A stretch of DNA of 64,000 nt from contig BDGG01000001.1 of assembly GCA_001949185.1 (NCBI GenBank), positions 5,800,103-5,864,102 on the forward strand, given 5' to 3'. Under the pieces are notes generated by a model, which had not been told where the DNA came from, did no database searches, and worked only from the letters and a program-made list of their open reading frames with translations. This document shows positions 26,024 through 39,400 of this stretch, piece after piece; the first letter of the stretch is position 1; the number at the start of each line of letters is the position of its first letter. This DNA is from Ramazzottius varieornatus (taxonomy: Eukaryota; Animalia; Tardigrada). The position numbers and the translations under genes were made by a program.

Positions 26024-26174
26024 CCGTAGTGCCACCAAATTATCGCGCACTCAACCACGTAACGAGTCATCGTTGCCCAGTACGATTAGATAACTCAATG
26101 CCGTCTCTGTTACTCTCACCCGGGCGTCATTTACCGTTCACGTGGTTGAGTGCGCGATAATTTGATGGCACTAG
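26024..26174. mobile_element. About 150-bp MITE with CCGTA terminus
   Basis: TA|ccgtagtgccaccaaattatcgcgcactcaaccacgt ... acgtggttgagtgcgcgataatttgatggcacta; about 34-bp TIR. Confidence 0.8.
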
Positions 26175-26376
26175 TACAGTATTTCGTTCGAACGATCGGT
26201 CTCGCAGCCATCGACACGGCCTATCAGAGATCATCAAGGTCACGCCTTGGAGCCCCGATTCACCAGAAAAACAGAAAATCATTATTAACCTACTCCGAAG
26301 AGTAAACCGTGTGAGAAACCACCGGTCTGGTCAGTTCCATGATTAGATCCAGAGACAAAACTCTTGCGGCAAGCTC

Positions 26377-27817
26377 ATGGAAACATCTGCTTTCTTCAGG
26401 TGCGCAGTGTTTAGTTCGTTAGGACTTATAGCCGTGTGGCATATTCATCGATCATATCCATTCTTAAAACTTATAATTTCGATTCAAACGTTCAACGAAA
26501 TGCCCTTTGAACATTTTACCGAGTTTCCGAGGGTCGCAACCGAGCCCAGGAATCTGACCGTGCTTCATCCTGAATACCTGGTGAGGAACTACGACGAAGT
26601 GCAGGAACTTCCTTGTTACAAAGAATGGAGCGCAACGCCGGTTCTCTTGATGAGGTGAGGTGAGGATTAATTTGAAGATCATGGAATGAAACTCATCCAT
26701 ACTCCAAAGCGGAACATAATATCAGTACTTGACTACGACAGTTGCATCTTTTTAGGACTTTCTTTTTATTTGCATTGCAAAACATCAGTCTAATTTTCAT
26801 CGGTGACTCAAGAATCAACCATTTATTTTTCACGCTGAGAGCGATGCTACTGCCGTACGAATATCCTGTACAAACAAGACCTCGTGTGGGAGAGTGCGAA
26901 TCGCATTTGGATATTCGCAGCCATAACAGTTCCATTGTAAGATCTGTCCTGTTTCTGGTCCATCTGATTTAGAAATCGCCAGCCAATAACATACCATTTA
27001 ACATACCTTGCAGCACTACTACCGCTCCAAATTACCTGACAGAAGTCTAGCCAACGTTCTGACGATGATTCATTCCGATAAGCGCTGGCAGCTCAGAAGG
27101 ACATACATATTATACGAATGTGGAGCGGTTGGTAAAATGATACTGAATGTGTTTTTGTAAACACCTGCTGATGTGATGCGTTTGTAGTGGCCACTGTACG
27201 TACATGGACACAACGTCCTGGGAGGTTTCCGTCGTAAGTCTACTGGCGTAGTGCTCACTAGAAATCCTTCACGAATAATTTGTGCATGGTGTCTGTTTAC
27301 AAAGGTAATATGTCATGGGCGGCGCAAACGTTCACCAGATTTCCGAGAAACAATATCATTCCCATATGGATACGGACAAGTAAGCCAATCAGTCAATGAC
27401 CGGAACTCTGCCTGCCGCTGCAGATCTCATTACGAAATGAGCTGGTGACAGGTGAAATGAACCCCGATCTTTCCCAGTTGCAATACACACGGATCCGGTT
27501 GCACGAAATCGTGAAACTTTCTGGACGGACCATCTAAACGACACCGAAGTCTGGATAGAACGTATCGGAGAGGAGTTAACAAGAGCCGCGAATAAGGAAG
27601 GCATGTTCGTCTGGCAGTCGGCATATGACATGACTCTGCACGAACCTGCTATTTACAAAGACATCGCACATCCTGGAACGGTACTAAATAGAAAGGTGAG
27701 CTCTCGTAAAAGTAATACATTGCTCGTCCATTACCATAATATGCGCTGGCCAGATTAGAACAATGTTGGACTGTTTTACAGATTCTGACCCTCTTGTTCT
27801 GTTCGATTGCCAGCTGA
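26377..27817 (+). CDS. Stand-alone SGNH / PC-esterase type II membrane protein, copy B (tandem paralog of A)
   Basis: About seven exons, most intron positions matching copy A. LIFIGDSRINHL, ILYECGA-WPLY, IPIWIRT, IYKDIAHPG (DxxH), last exon ILTLLFCSIAS* ending at 27817. Confidence 0.82.
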
Positions 27818-27919
27818 AGCATATGGAGCACAAAGGCAGTTTGGTCAATTTCCAAGCGTTTGTGTTCATTATGCCTACAAAGCGATGACGCAAAAGTAGT
27901 CCAGACTCCAGATGCATTT

Positions 27920-30274
27920 TCAATAGGGTCTGCCGAGGTTTTTGTACAAATTGATCTTGCCGTTCTTTCGGAATTTTCTTGGCATCTGCATCATCGGACG
28001 TTTCTTCGGTAGGTGTGTTTGGTTCAGATTGGTAAACTTGAGCACGTAACCCCATGATAAAGGCTCGGGAACCAGTTGCTGAAGTGGGAGGCGTATCTCC
28101 ATGCCTTTTTCTACAGTACTCCATTTCAAAGGCTTCCCGTATCCCAACATGGTCACCTTGGTTTTCTCCGTGGGTTTCGGATCGCCCAGCAATGCATTGC
28201 TGGCATCACTCGTACTGTTACTCTCCCATTTTAGAACAATGGCGTAAATAGTGACGTCGTTGCCAGTTTTCCTCATCGTGTACCTGCTTGGTCGGAGAGA
28301 CAGCACTGAAAGTGTTTTCCATGGTGGAGCTTCAATCACTCTTACCACACGTTAGGATCAATTGTATCGTTCTGGTACGACCAAGGCGTAGTGTTATATA
28401 TTGCTTCTCCGTTAGTTTTCATCCATTGTCCAAGCTGCGACAAACGTTCTTGGAAGATTGCTGGTATTGTACCATCTCCTGTTGGTCCAATCTGAAAAAA
28501 AAGGTAATCTTAGGTAGGAAAACATTGAATTACGCACGAAGTGTGATATTTCATCTTGCAACTTACATTGAGTAGCAAGTTTCCGCCGCAGCTGTGAAAT
28601 TATAAATTAAAAAGTGTTCTCTGCTACAGTACAATGATAGCTACAATTTAGCATGCAGACTTAATAACAGTAACTAGGTTCTGCTCGAATAGAAACAGGG
28701 TTACACATACCGTAGATGTCATGTGTTGACCGCTTGATTTCTATTCTCGCCTGCACAGGTATATGGATTCACGGATGACTTGTAAAGAAATGATGGAGTT
28801 TTGCTTGACGGAAAAGCATGTTATTTTTGGAAGAGGAAATTGGTTACCTCACAGTCTCGGCAAGGTCTGCGATAACCTCGTTGATCGACAGAACATCATT
28901 CTCGTTTATGTTACGACGATATCCCCAGCTGTAGTTGTCGAGCGGCATGCAGTTTTCCCATTTATTCGCTTGCAGTACACCTGTAACATTTACCGGTGCG
29001 AGACAAACTTAGACACTGTACGTTTTGCACTGCGACGAGAAACTTCAGAAAATACCTCCGATTCCGATGGAATCAACAGAGGAATCACCAAAGATGTACC
29101 TGGGTTGTATTTGTCTGTACAAGTGTAGTAGCCACCATGATGACATGGAATGTTGGCTCCCCAGCGGTCGTTCGTCACCACAGTATCCTTCACAGGCCTG
29201 TTTGAAAACCGTTAATTTCAACAGCGTCAGGACCTTCGATAGAATGGTTTCATGCATGTACGGCCAAAAGCTTACGATTGATTGTACAGCCAAGAAATCC
29301 ATCCCGTGCTGTTCCAGTACGTATCAGGCGCTTCCCAGTCTGGAATAGAAAATGTAACGGATTTGAGGGTCGTTACTCGGGACTACGTAACACAAGGCTA
29401 GCCTACCTCCATCGCTCCAGATGACGTCGGGCTTGTAGGTATTTACAATCTCGTATAATTCTGGCAGCGCTTTTTGCTGCAAACGAAGTAAAACGGAAAA
29501 CTACGGTACTAATACGCGGACATACACTGCAAGAAGTCCATACTTCTGGAAAATCGCGGGTCTTCCAATTTTTGGCTTTGTCTTGGAGGTACAGTGGGTG
29601 GAACCACTCAAACATAGAGTGATATAGTCCAAAGTGCATTTTTGTTCGAGTGCGAACAGCGGAAGCTAATTCGCCGACCAGATCGCGCCGTGGGCCGACG
29701 TCCATTGAGTTCCAGTTGAACGAGTACTTTGATGGCCATAGAGTGAAGCCTTCATGATGCTTGCTGGTCAGTACCACATACCTGAAAGCGTCAACGGTCA
29801 AATTACGCCTCATTAAATGGATAAGTTGCGTTGCGTACTTGGCACCGGATGAGGAAATTATGTCAGCCCACTGATTAGCATCGAAGAAAGAAGCACGAAA
29901 CTGTTCCGCGAAATCGGCATACGTTACGTCCGGTGGAAAATTATCCTTGAAATATTTCACCACGTCGGCGTCATGGGATCCCTGCCACGCCCACCATACC
30001 CTGTTGAATAAAACCATTGATCAGCCGTTCAGAGAACCATGAATGGCGGCAAAGAACGGAGCACTTACCACTCTGAATGGAAACCAATTTGGCTGAATAC
30101 TCCCCAATGAATAAAGATACCAAGCTTGCTGTTATCATACCATTCCGGCAGAGGTCGTTTGTCCAAAGACTCCCAGTTCGGATCGTACTGGACAGCTGAT
30201 ACCCACTTGAAAAGAATAAACGCTAAGGACAAACGCAACAAGTTTGTCGGGGCATGCTCTAACCGCGAGGACAT
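27920..30274 (-). CDS. FUCA: Alpha-L-fucosidase (GH29), secreted or lysosomal
   Basis: Signal peptide then [63 protein letters not shown] (nucleophile Asp), [14 protein letters not shown], a 25-nt micro-exon CGGNLLLN (28591-28567) and [20 protein letters not shown]. About 10 exons, frame intact. Confidence 0.97.
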
Positions 30275-32833
30275 TGTAATAGGGAAGGTTTTAAAACTGA
30301 GCGACTCCACCTAATCGATTTTAAATTACTAACAATTTGTTTTTATTGCGTTTGGGAAACAAGTGGGCAAAACGTCAGCTGGTACAGTGGAAAGAGTTTG
30401 TGGGACTATCGTCGTCAACGTGTTAATTCAGTGGGTCATAGTCTTGACTTATCTGCAGTTCGAGTTCGTTTGATAGATGGTCCTGAGATTATAATGAAGT
30501 GCCATGCACTTGACTATCTCAGCACTTTTCTTTTGTCGATCGATACAGACAAACCCCAACTCGGCTCATCGACCTTGGTTTAGGAATATATCACGCGAGA
30601 GGCATACTTCGCTGATCAGCGGGAAAAACAAGGTAGCCGCCCCGTGCCATTATCGGCTTGCAGACGTGGAAAAAGAACGTTGCTGAAGCGCGTCCAAGTG
30701 TAAATCTAGACCTATGACGTCAGAAAATTCATAGCATGACATTATTCCTCCCCACGACTGGTCTCAAAATTCTGCTTATGTGAAAACAACTGATATGAAA
30801 TTTATTTCAGCTTAATTTACTCAGAATTGAGCATGGGTAAGGTGAAGTTTTAATTTTTCGCTGATTTCGGAAAGAAGACCAGAAATGCGCGAGTGTCGCG
30901 GGGTAGGTTTATAGATAATCTTTGTCTCCTGACTGGGCTCAAACTCCTGACTTGCTTTCTGGCTACCTTCTCTTTTCCGGTATCCTCTACGCTGATAGGT
31001 ATGAAGAAGCACATTGCGAGAAACGGTAGCTTGCGACGCGATGCACTGTGGAAACGAAAATCTTAAAATCTGAAACGTTGGGGCAAGTGTGCAGAGGATA
31101 ACCCGGGTTTCGTTTTCAAGACGAGTTACTCGAGGGCTGCTTATCTTGAAAGTTGGTGATCTGTTTTCAAGATCGACACAATCAACTAAGTTTCACAGCC
31201 CTTCAAGAAGACACATACAGTCCAGTCGCTCGAAATGTGTACAGAATTTTTTGAATTCTAACCACGAAAATCATTCAAAGTTAACGATACTGCTCACCAT
31301 GCCCACACAGACGAAAACGTGCGACTTGATTACTTGATTACTTGATTACTCCTGTCAAAGTATCGCGTAACGCATGTGTGACGTTATTTCAGACCTTAGT
31401 TTGGCATGCTGTTCGGTCAATGTTTAGCAGGCTCTAAACTGAAACCGAAAATGTTTCTACACATTTCGAGCGACCGGATACACCGAATGTCGACATCGGC
31501 GGCCCAAAGGTGCTCGAATTGCATTAGTTCATAGGGAACACAGTACAGTAATAGTCTTCACTTGTACAATACATCACGGACAATTTTTACAAGCGGAAGC
31601 CAGTCACAAGGTGGATTGCGTTCGGCACAAGTACCCGTAATCCCACTGTCACGTGGCATCTTGCCGTGCTGTAGAGCGACATCCTTAGTTTTTCTCAACG
31701 ATTTCTTCAGTCTCCTGAAGTACCTTGAATTCAGATCTCAGCGCACTGTCTCAATTAAAAAGGCTCGTCCGTGTGACGTGTTGTAAAAGTGAGAATTATT
31801 ATTGTAAAAATGGCCAAAACTGCTGATCAAATTTGATCTTCAGTAGGCTATAGGCAGACATCGTACAGCTTTCTCCAAGTTTTTGCAGTTCGATTGCATG
31901 TACGTTGGCCGTATCGTACGAGTGTTGTACGGTGGGGTAGCTTAGCCTGTGCACAGAAGAACTGCGCACATGCACATGGTCACTAGCCGACTATAAAAGC
32001 ATTCTCGCTACCGAAGGAAGACCCGGAAGAACTCGACATGCAGCCGCGTGACTCAACACTTCAGCGCAGCATGGAGAACCCTTCCGGCATTCCACTCTAG
32101 CCATCCGGCGCGGCTGTCAGTCGGAAGTCGGAACGATCAAACTGTCTGATGTGAGATCTTTCGCGTCATCCAATACAGGCGTTAGGCGTGCCTAAACGTC
32201 ACGTTTTGAATTGCCAATCAGAAATCTAGCCTAACAAAAACCTGTACAGTAGGCTGCTGATCTCGAGATTGTACTGTTAACGTCAGGACGAGTGCGTGAC
32301 TGACGATACGCACCGATATACTCTTGACGTCATCCCCGGTCTGCGTAATATGTCCGGAATTGGTCCCCGGGGGACGGGGGGGGGGAAGATTTGTATGGAC
32401 GTACGATATGCGTACGTCCATACTGTTCGCGTATATCGCGAGAGTACCGTAGCCATAAAAACGACCCCGTAGAACCGAATGTTCAAGGAGTTGTCAAGGA
32501 CCCTCATTGCACAGGGACCTCCGCAAACATAATTTGCCAATGTTTTGTACCAGCTGCTGAACATTGGCGAAACACATGGGGCGCCGCATCATGCCACACG
32601 GCGTAATTCTGTCGTCCTGTTCAAATGCAGCAGTCCTTCAGAACCTGTAAAATCCTGTGTGCTCTCCGGAAATGCCCTTTTTGGCCCTGACAGTCTCCAC
32701 GAGCTATTTCAGGAGACGAATGCACTACAGTTAGGTTTCGACGTTTGAGAGTCGGGGCCGAGAACCGGGAATGCGCTCCGCCTTTATGAGACGCCCGTCT
32801 GTGTCGAACTGATTGACAAAATTTCGTACCAGA

Positions 32834-35293
32834 ATGCTGTTTGCATCTTCTTCCTTTCTCCTGATCACTGTCTGCGTTCTCATTGTGAGCGGTATCCAGC
32901 TTAGTTCCGACCTGAACAACACTTCTATCGGTAGAACGTCACCTCTACGAAAACGGCTCGCTGTCCGCATTTTGACACCTGCCTTGTTCTTGCCGTTCAT
33001 AATTGGAACATATCACTTCATTGGGCCAGCGTTTGATTCAGCACTGGAAGACATAAGGGAAGAGTACCCTTTGTTAAATGTCACTCAAAATGTGATCCCA
33101 TCCGGGACAATCAACACATGCGCGCAATGGAGCGATAACATTGAGCGCCTTCTTGCCTCTGTCTACTGCAAGATCATCAAACTTCGCACGGAAGCCCGCG
33201 CAAACAATCAGTCTTTCGTTTTAGCGTTAATAACCGGGGGTAATTGATTTCCGTAGACATGGTCAGTCTGAACAGAATAAGGTGCTTTTTTACGAGAGTT
33301 CTACCGTTCACAGGCTGCACGGAAACATTTCTTCTGGCTCGTCTGGCCAAAGAATGGAACATTCTCTACATTACCAGGTAATAAGCAGCATCCAATCTTG
33401 TTTTTCATTAAGCAACTGTTAGCAGGAAAGGAGTATCGGTGTTCGCAACAGTATCACGGCGACGGCGGAGGTCCGACAGAAGTCCGTCTTCCCAACTTGG
33501 CTGACGACCATCGTGAATACGTTAGCGCCTTTTGTCTAGGTGTACTCGGGGTTGATGAGGAAATACAACTGGACCACGGTGGTTTTTGTGGTGGATGTGG
33601 GAAGCAATCCGTACTTTGCAATAGTCGGGAATGCTGCAATGAAAGACCTTCAGGCTCGGAAAGGCTATCAAGTGGACTACCTCACCTTCAACTTGTCGAC
33701 GGGATCAGTGGACTATGAGAAACTGTTGAGGTTGGTTCGGAAGACAACCCGCGGTAAGCATCACAGTTCCCGGCTTACAGCGTGGTTTTGACCGCCCGTG
33801 GTTTTGACGATTGACTCAAATTTCGCAGTGTGTTTCTATCTGGGTCATTCGACACCGCTTCGCGACCAGTTGGTTGGTTTACTTCAAACAAATGCACAAA
33901 TAACCTAACACGCTTGAAATTATGATATGCATAAGTATCCACGGTTATTCTCTGTGAATAGATCGCTGCAGCCGGGCTGAACATGACCAACGGTGATTAC
34001 GTGCGTGGGCTATTTCATGGTTATCACTCAGGAATGGGCTAATCAGATGTGTAAACCAAATTCGCGTACCGCTAATAACGCCCGGACGACCAATTTTTTA
34101 TCCAGGTCTACATCGCCATGATGCCTTTCCGCCACACAATGCTGGGAAACTTCACCTGGAAATTCGGTGACCAGCTCGATGCAGTAAGGAGCAATAAGAG
34201 ACGTTGTTTGACAGTCCAAGAAAATTACCTGTCCAATCAAGCGAACGTTCAGAATGAACCTTTTCTCGTGCCTTGAGCAAAGCATTTGGAGTGGCTGAAG
34301 TCAAGCGCGCGTCAGCCAGTCTTCTTATGTACCTCTGTCCACGAGTTTTTTAAATCTTCATTAGGGCGGCCCCAGGCTGGTGCATGAGATGTTTTTGAAG
34401 CTCCGCTGACCACATAGTCTGTTCCGTCAGAATTTCTACCCTGACGCGTGTTTGGTCGAGAAATATATTACTGTTGCACGAATTCGGTTAAAACAGGTAG
34501 CTCGGGAAGCTTATAATTCATTGTTCCTTGTGGAGCCCGAGTCGCTGAACACTCGTGCAGGAAGTCGAAATGGCGGCAACAGGAACCTGGACGACATCTG
34601 GAGGAAAAGTTCGGCTAAGGTTTATCACTTCCCATACGCAAACAACAATTCGGTAACCTATCCATAAACAACGAATCATTCTGGTCAAACCGTAGTTCCA
34701 TGTGTGTCTGTACCAATGATCTCCTTCTTGCATGATATTTCAGGTATGCCATCAGCTTGGTTGTACGGGCTGGTAGCTGGAGGAGCAGTTTCTGCCGTGC
34801 TGATTGCTGCGACTTACGCAAGGTAAGTTAGCGAGTTAACTCCTACCCAAAACGGGGCGGTGGCAAAGGCGTCTTTAACCTTTGTGAAAGAGCAATCGAG
34901 TTCATTGCTCAACACAGCAATCACTTGACATCTACTGTATAAAAGCTACCATTGCCGGGTTATGTGCATCACGGCTGAATAACTACGCCGATTGTCGCTG
35001 ACCTGCTTTGGTGATCTTATTTGCCTTCACCGTCTTACTGTATAAAGAAACCTGTACCAAAGCCGGGCGAAACTAGCGAGACGGGCAAAAGTTAGCAGCT
35101 TCATATCTTGTTTAAACGATGTTGCAGGATGACACGTCAGAATGATATGCGTTGGTGGGAGCTGGAGTCAACGGCCATATCGACCAAGATTTCAGATAGC
35201 AAAGAATCGCACAGTATGGCGTTGCCTAGAGCTCTTGTAGAAATTCGATCCAGCGCGAACACGGAAGCGGGAAATCGCTCAGCTGTACGATAG
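32834..35293 (+). pseudogene. Natriuretic-peptide-receptor-like paralog 3: premature TAG and three missing exons
   Basis: Exons homologous to paralog 2 (GCTETFLLARLAKEWNILYIT; FPTWLTT; AAGLNMTNGDYVYI; TM exon 34744-34822; tail MRWWELE). In-frame TAG at 33537-33539. The phase-0 donor at 34653 is followed 91 nt later by the phase-1 TM exon. Confidence 0.85.
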
Positions 35294-36454
35294 CAAGTCA
35301 ACACTGTGTTCTGCAGCAGTTCAATACAAACAGTGAGAGATGCGGGTATGACTGATTGGTTCCCTCAATCGGTAAGACAAAGGTGGAATTATGACTTTCC
35401 TCATACCGAAATAGCGAATTCTGCATTATAGTAGAGCTTGTGTACATCTTCAAATAAAGGATGTTTTTTCTGACCGGACGATCTTTTCCGCCGGCTGCTT
35501 CCGCAACATTCTGACGACGGATTGGTGTTCCACAAAGAAAGTCCATTGAAGGGTAGATGTCATGAAGGAACGCCTACTAACGATAGTAGCGGTGCGTTTT
35601 CCATACTATCTGATATAACTGAGCGTAACAAACAAGTGGGTATTCAGGAAGAAACCCATACTTTTCGCAAAAACCTGATGGACATTGTCGGTGGTATAGA
35701 CAATAAAACACGTTCTAAGCGTTTCCCAAACGCTTTCGCTTCCAGCTTTTGATGTTTACCGCCAAATCTGTACCGCCTACTCTGAAAGCCTTTTTTTGGA
35801 GAAGTACAACCACTGGGGTTAGGGTTATTAAACTGTACGGCATGTAAGACGAAACTTGTAAGAAGCTTATGCGCAACACCGGTTTAAAATTTCATGCGGA
35901 ACGCAAATACTAGTGAAGCTGACCAGGTGCTGCAGTTCAGTCGGGACAGGCAGTGAAAGTTGCTTAACGAGGTCCGAAAGTAATATGTTCCTCGATGACA
36001 TTTCTTAAGCGACCTTCTGCATGCTCCAACGCGACGATGACATATGCATACCCCACCCCGCATCGTCTGTGGGAGACTCTATCTGGCTTACTTGGTTTAT
36101 TTGTCGATGTTCATTTGCGATGCTAAGAGCTTAGTTCGCACCATGTTATCTCCTAGCCCGAACGAAAATCTCAAAGATCTGGTTAAAACAGATTATGAAA
36201 GACCCAGAAGCTTGTTATTACGAGTCACTGCAAAATCGTATGGCGAACTTATCAACATCAGAAAGAGGGAGAATAGCGGCCCTTTTCACTTAAATTTGTG
36301 CTTACAGGCTTGCCAAGCCTCCATTTACTTTTGGCATTTCATATCGTGTTACATGCTACAGATGGTGCCAGTTACTGACACGACTGGTGTAATTTCTCTC
36401 ATTCATCAAGAAGAGCGCACAACGTTTTTTATGAATGATGATTTCTGTTTCAAA

Positions 36455-39400
36455 TCATAGAGCACAACAAGTGGACCCCTGCTGCTCCACAAACCTATTA
36501 CACATATAGTTAAACAAAATCTCTAGGTTAAGTCTGACGGCATCAGGCCCGAGATGAAATCCGTCCGGAGTGTCCTTATAGAAATGAAACGTCTGTTGAT
36601 ATGAGCGCCAAAATGTTATATCGGTTCTTTGTAGCGCTTTTTCAATAGCCCTGTTATAGATGAATAGTCTTCGGTTGGTCTTCCGGTACCGAGTGTCACG
36701 GCGGCTCCACTGGTTCTCTGGCATCCAGAGTACGCTGGTTCTGGTAGCGAGCATTTCCAGCAGTGGTGAGCCCGCTGAAATGTTCCTAAAGCGCAGCATC
36801 GCAAGGTTATCATTTTGTACACATGATTTTAGAGAGGGCGGGCATAACTGCAGAGACGAATTCCGCATGAAAATTACAAGGTGGTGTAGTGTGCTCGTTT
36901 TGAGGCTATTGGTAAATCGAGTGGTGTACTGTGGTGAACGTTTGACCAGTTCGCTCTCCCGTAATTTGGCTGATCAATTATCACCTCACCATAAGATCGA
37001 GAGTCAACTGCACAGTGTCATTACTGTCCTTCCGAAACACTCGAATATGAGCCGGTGAGCTCGCAATTGCTCATCCCCAGTGACGCAACGCAGCTGTGTC
37101 TGCGGCGTATATCAGAGGCGTGGTTTTGCCTATGAAACTGCGAGTCGTACAGCGGATCGCCATGAACCGATGTTACCTTTATGTTTTTAATATCAGTCGC
37201 GTCATTAGATGCTTTTCACACGGCAGATTTTGGCTCTGAATAGAATAAAATCACATGATTCTGTGCTGTGTCAGTACCTGTGCAGAAACCGTTCTGCGGT
37301 TTCGGTCACTTCCGACACAGAATATTAGCACAAAGCGATATCAGGCTGCGCGAGTTCAGCAGGGTGGTGAAATTCGCGAGGCTCGCCATTTAGCCTTCTA
37401 TTGGATGAGGCCTCTCCTTTCGTTTTTTCTACTGGACGAAGGTGTTTCGTTTTTTCTGGCAGCGGATTTGGGAAGAGAAATGCCTCTTCCTCACTTCAAT
37501 GCTGGTTTAGGTCGAAAACATGAGGGACTTACAGAAGAAACGAGAGCGAAAGTCAAGTGCCACAATGTGGGGGAGATGTGTCGCTCGGATCACTTGGCGC
37601 ACCAGGTCCAATTTGCTGACTGGTCTGATCACGCTCCACTCCACCAAAATTTCAAATCTCGACCAGAGTGGTCAATAGTACAATCAACTCAGCTTGCACA
37701 GAACTTAAAATTCTGTGCAGCGATATTAGGCAAGACATACGCCGTGAATATCTGCACAGCAGAAGTCTTGTACATATGCTACGATGGCCTTATGTTTGAC
37801 GAGCGAAAAGCATCTATTACCTCATTTGCATTTCCAAGCAAGGAGCGAACGTGCGATTACCCCGCACACAGTCCATTGTTATCCACCAAATACCCGAGTT
37901 GATCACCACGAGGTCCGGAATTGTATCCTGTGAGCCGGACAGTACTCTTTCGAAAATATTCCTGAGCCTGTCATTGTCAAAATACGGCATCCAGTGGCGC
38001 ACCAGCAATACGTTCAGCGAAGGTATGGTTTGCCGAAATTCACAGGGTGTCAATACAGATGCATTTTGTTGCCAGGTTAGTTGTTTGACATCTGGTCGAC
38101 TACAGAAGTCTTCTGGAGCGTTGTGTAACTGAGGATGTATTGGCACATTGGTCAACATTCAATAAAGAGCAGACTGTAACTGACTAACTCTGGAGTCCCC
38201 CAGGAGCATCACCGAGAACCCGCTTTTACCTTTAGCGTTTGCGCTAAGTGTCACACACCGTCTAATAGTATTCCTGCAAAAAGGTAAAAGTGCGTCAGAA
38301 GTTTTCAAAAAGGTACTACGCTTGGTTGGCAGGCTTGAACACTTTGGTAACGTTCGCGAAAGTTTCAACAAGCCCTTGTCGAGCTGCTACAGCCTGTCCG
38401 CGCCAACTTGCTACCACTCATAAAACCTAACCTGTCTCGACTGCATTAGTGTCCCACTTCTAAACTGACTTTGCCTGGTATAAAAACCTTCTAGCTATCG
38501 CCTGAAAAATCTTTGACCAGAAATTTTCTCAAAAAACGTTGAGAGCGACATTGAAATCGGGGAAGTGAAGATTAGAAAACGCACCAACTTCTGTAGCTTT
38601 TGGGACAGTTTTCAAAGATTGTTTTTGCATTTTCCCCTTAAAGTCCCGTGATACTCTGGTCAAAAGTAATTAGACCAGGGGTCGAGCCACAGGAAAAACG
38701 GTTGGATTGATAAATCTCCCGTTCCGGAAAAGAGCTAGAAATTTTGCACGAAACGAGTTTTCCCGGCAAAACGGCGGAATTCACCGGTTTTAATTCGTTT
38801 GCCAAGTTAGCTCGAACTTTTTCCGTTCCTTCTCGTTTCTCTCCGACAACTAAGATAACTCTTTGCCTGTTTACGTCTGACTGCGAAAGAAAACTCGAAC
38901 ATGGAATTCTATAGACTGCATTTCACCTGCTGTGGTATGTCTTCCGTACCGAAAGTCATGTTGGTCAAGTTTACCACGCAGTATGGCAGTACATCTGAAC
39001 GAATCATGGCTCAGTCGAATCAGCTTGGAAAGTTATATTGAATGTGTGGATGGATGAATGGTAAAGCAGAAATCTGAATTTTCTGGATCAAAATTACAGG
39101 TGGTAGCAAGTTGGCGCGATTTTTCTTTATAAAATCAAATACAGAGATTTCAGGGACGAAAGGATCTGGCTGATGAAAAGTGATTAGAATATGATTTGAA
39201 TTCTGATGTTTAAAGTCACCAAATTAAGATCACTTTGTAGCTTCATGAAATTTCATGAAAGCTGTCTACACCAACCAAAGGTGTAAGTAAGTTGTGCAAG
39301 ACTGTTGCTGAATGGCATACCCAGACTGAGACTGCAGATACGTTTGCATGTGACAGCCATTCGGTTGCCAGCTCCGATTCTTTCTACTAAATGTCTCTTC

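Noticed and set aside
28440-28460. Suspected frameshift in the fucosidase
   Set aside because: Re-reading gives ATC TTC CAA GAA CGT (IFQER); the frame is intact.
28711-28751. Possible stop-containing poison exon in a fucosidase intron
   Set aside because: Weak acceptor, and the 25-nt exon at 28591-28567 already completes the protein.
37255-37902. 215-aa plus-strand ORF
   Set aside because: Lies antisense within intron 2 and exon 2 of SGNH copy C; no recognisable domain.
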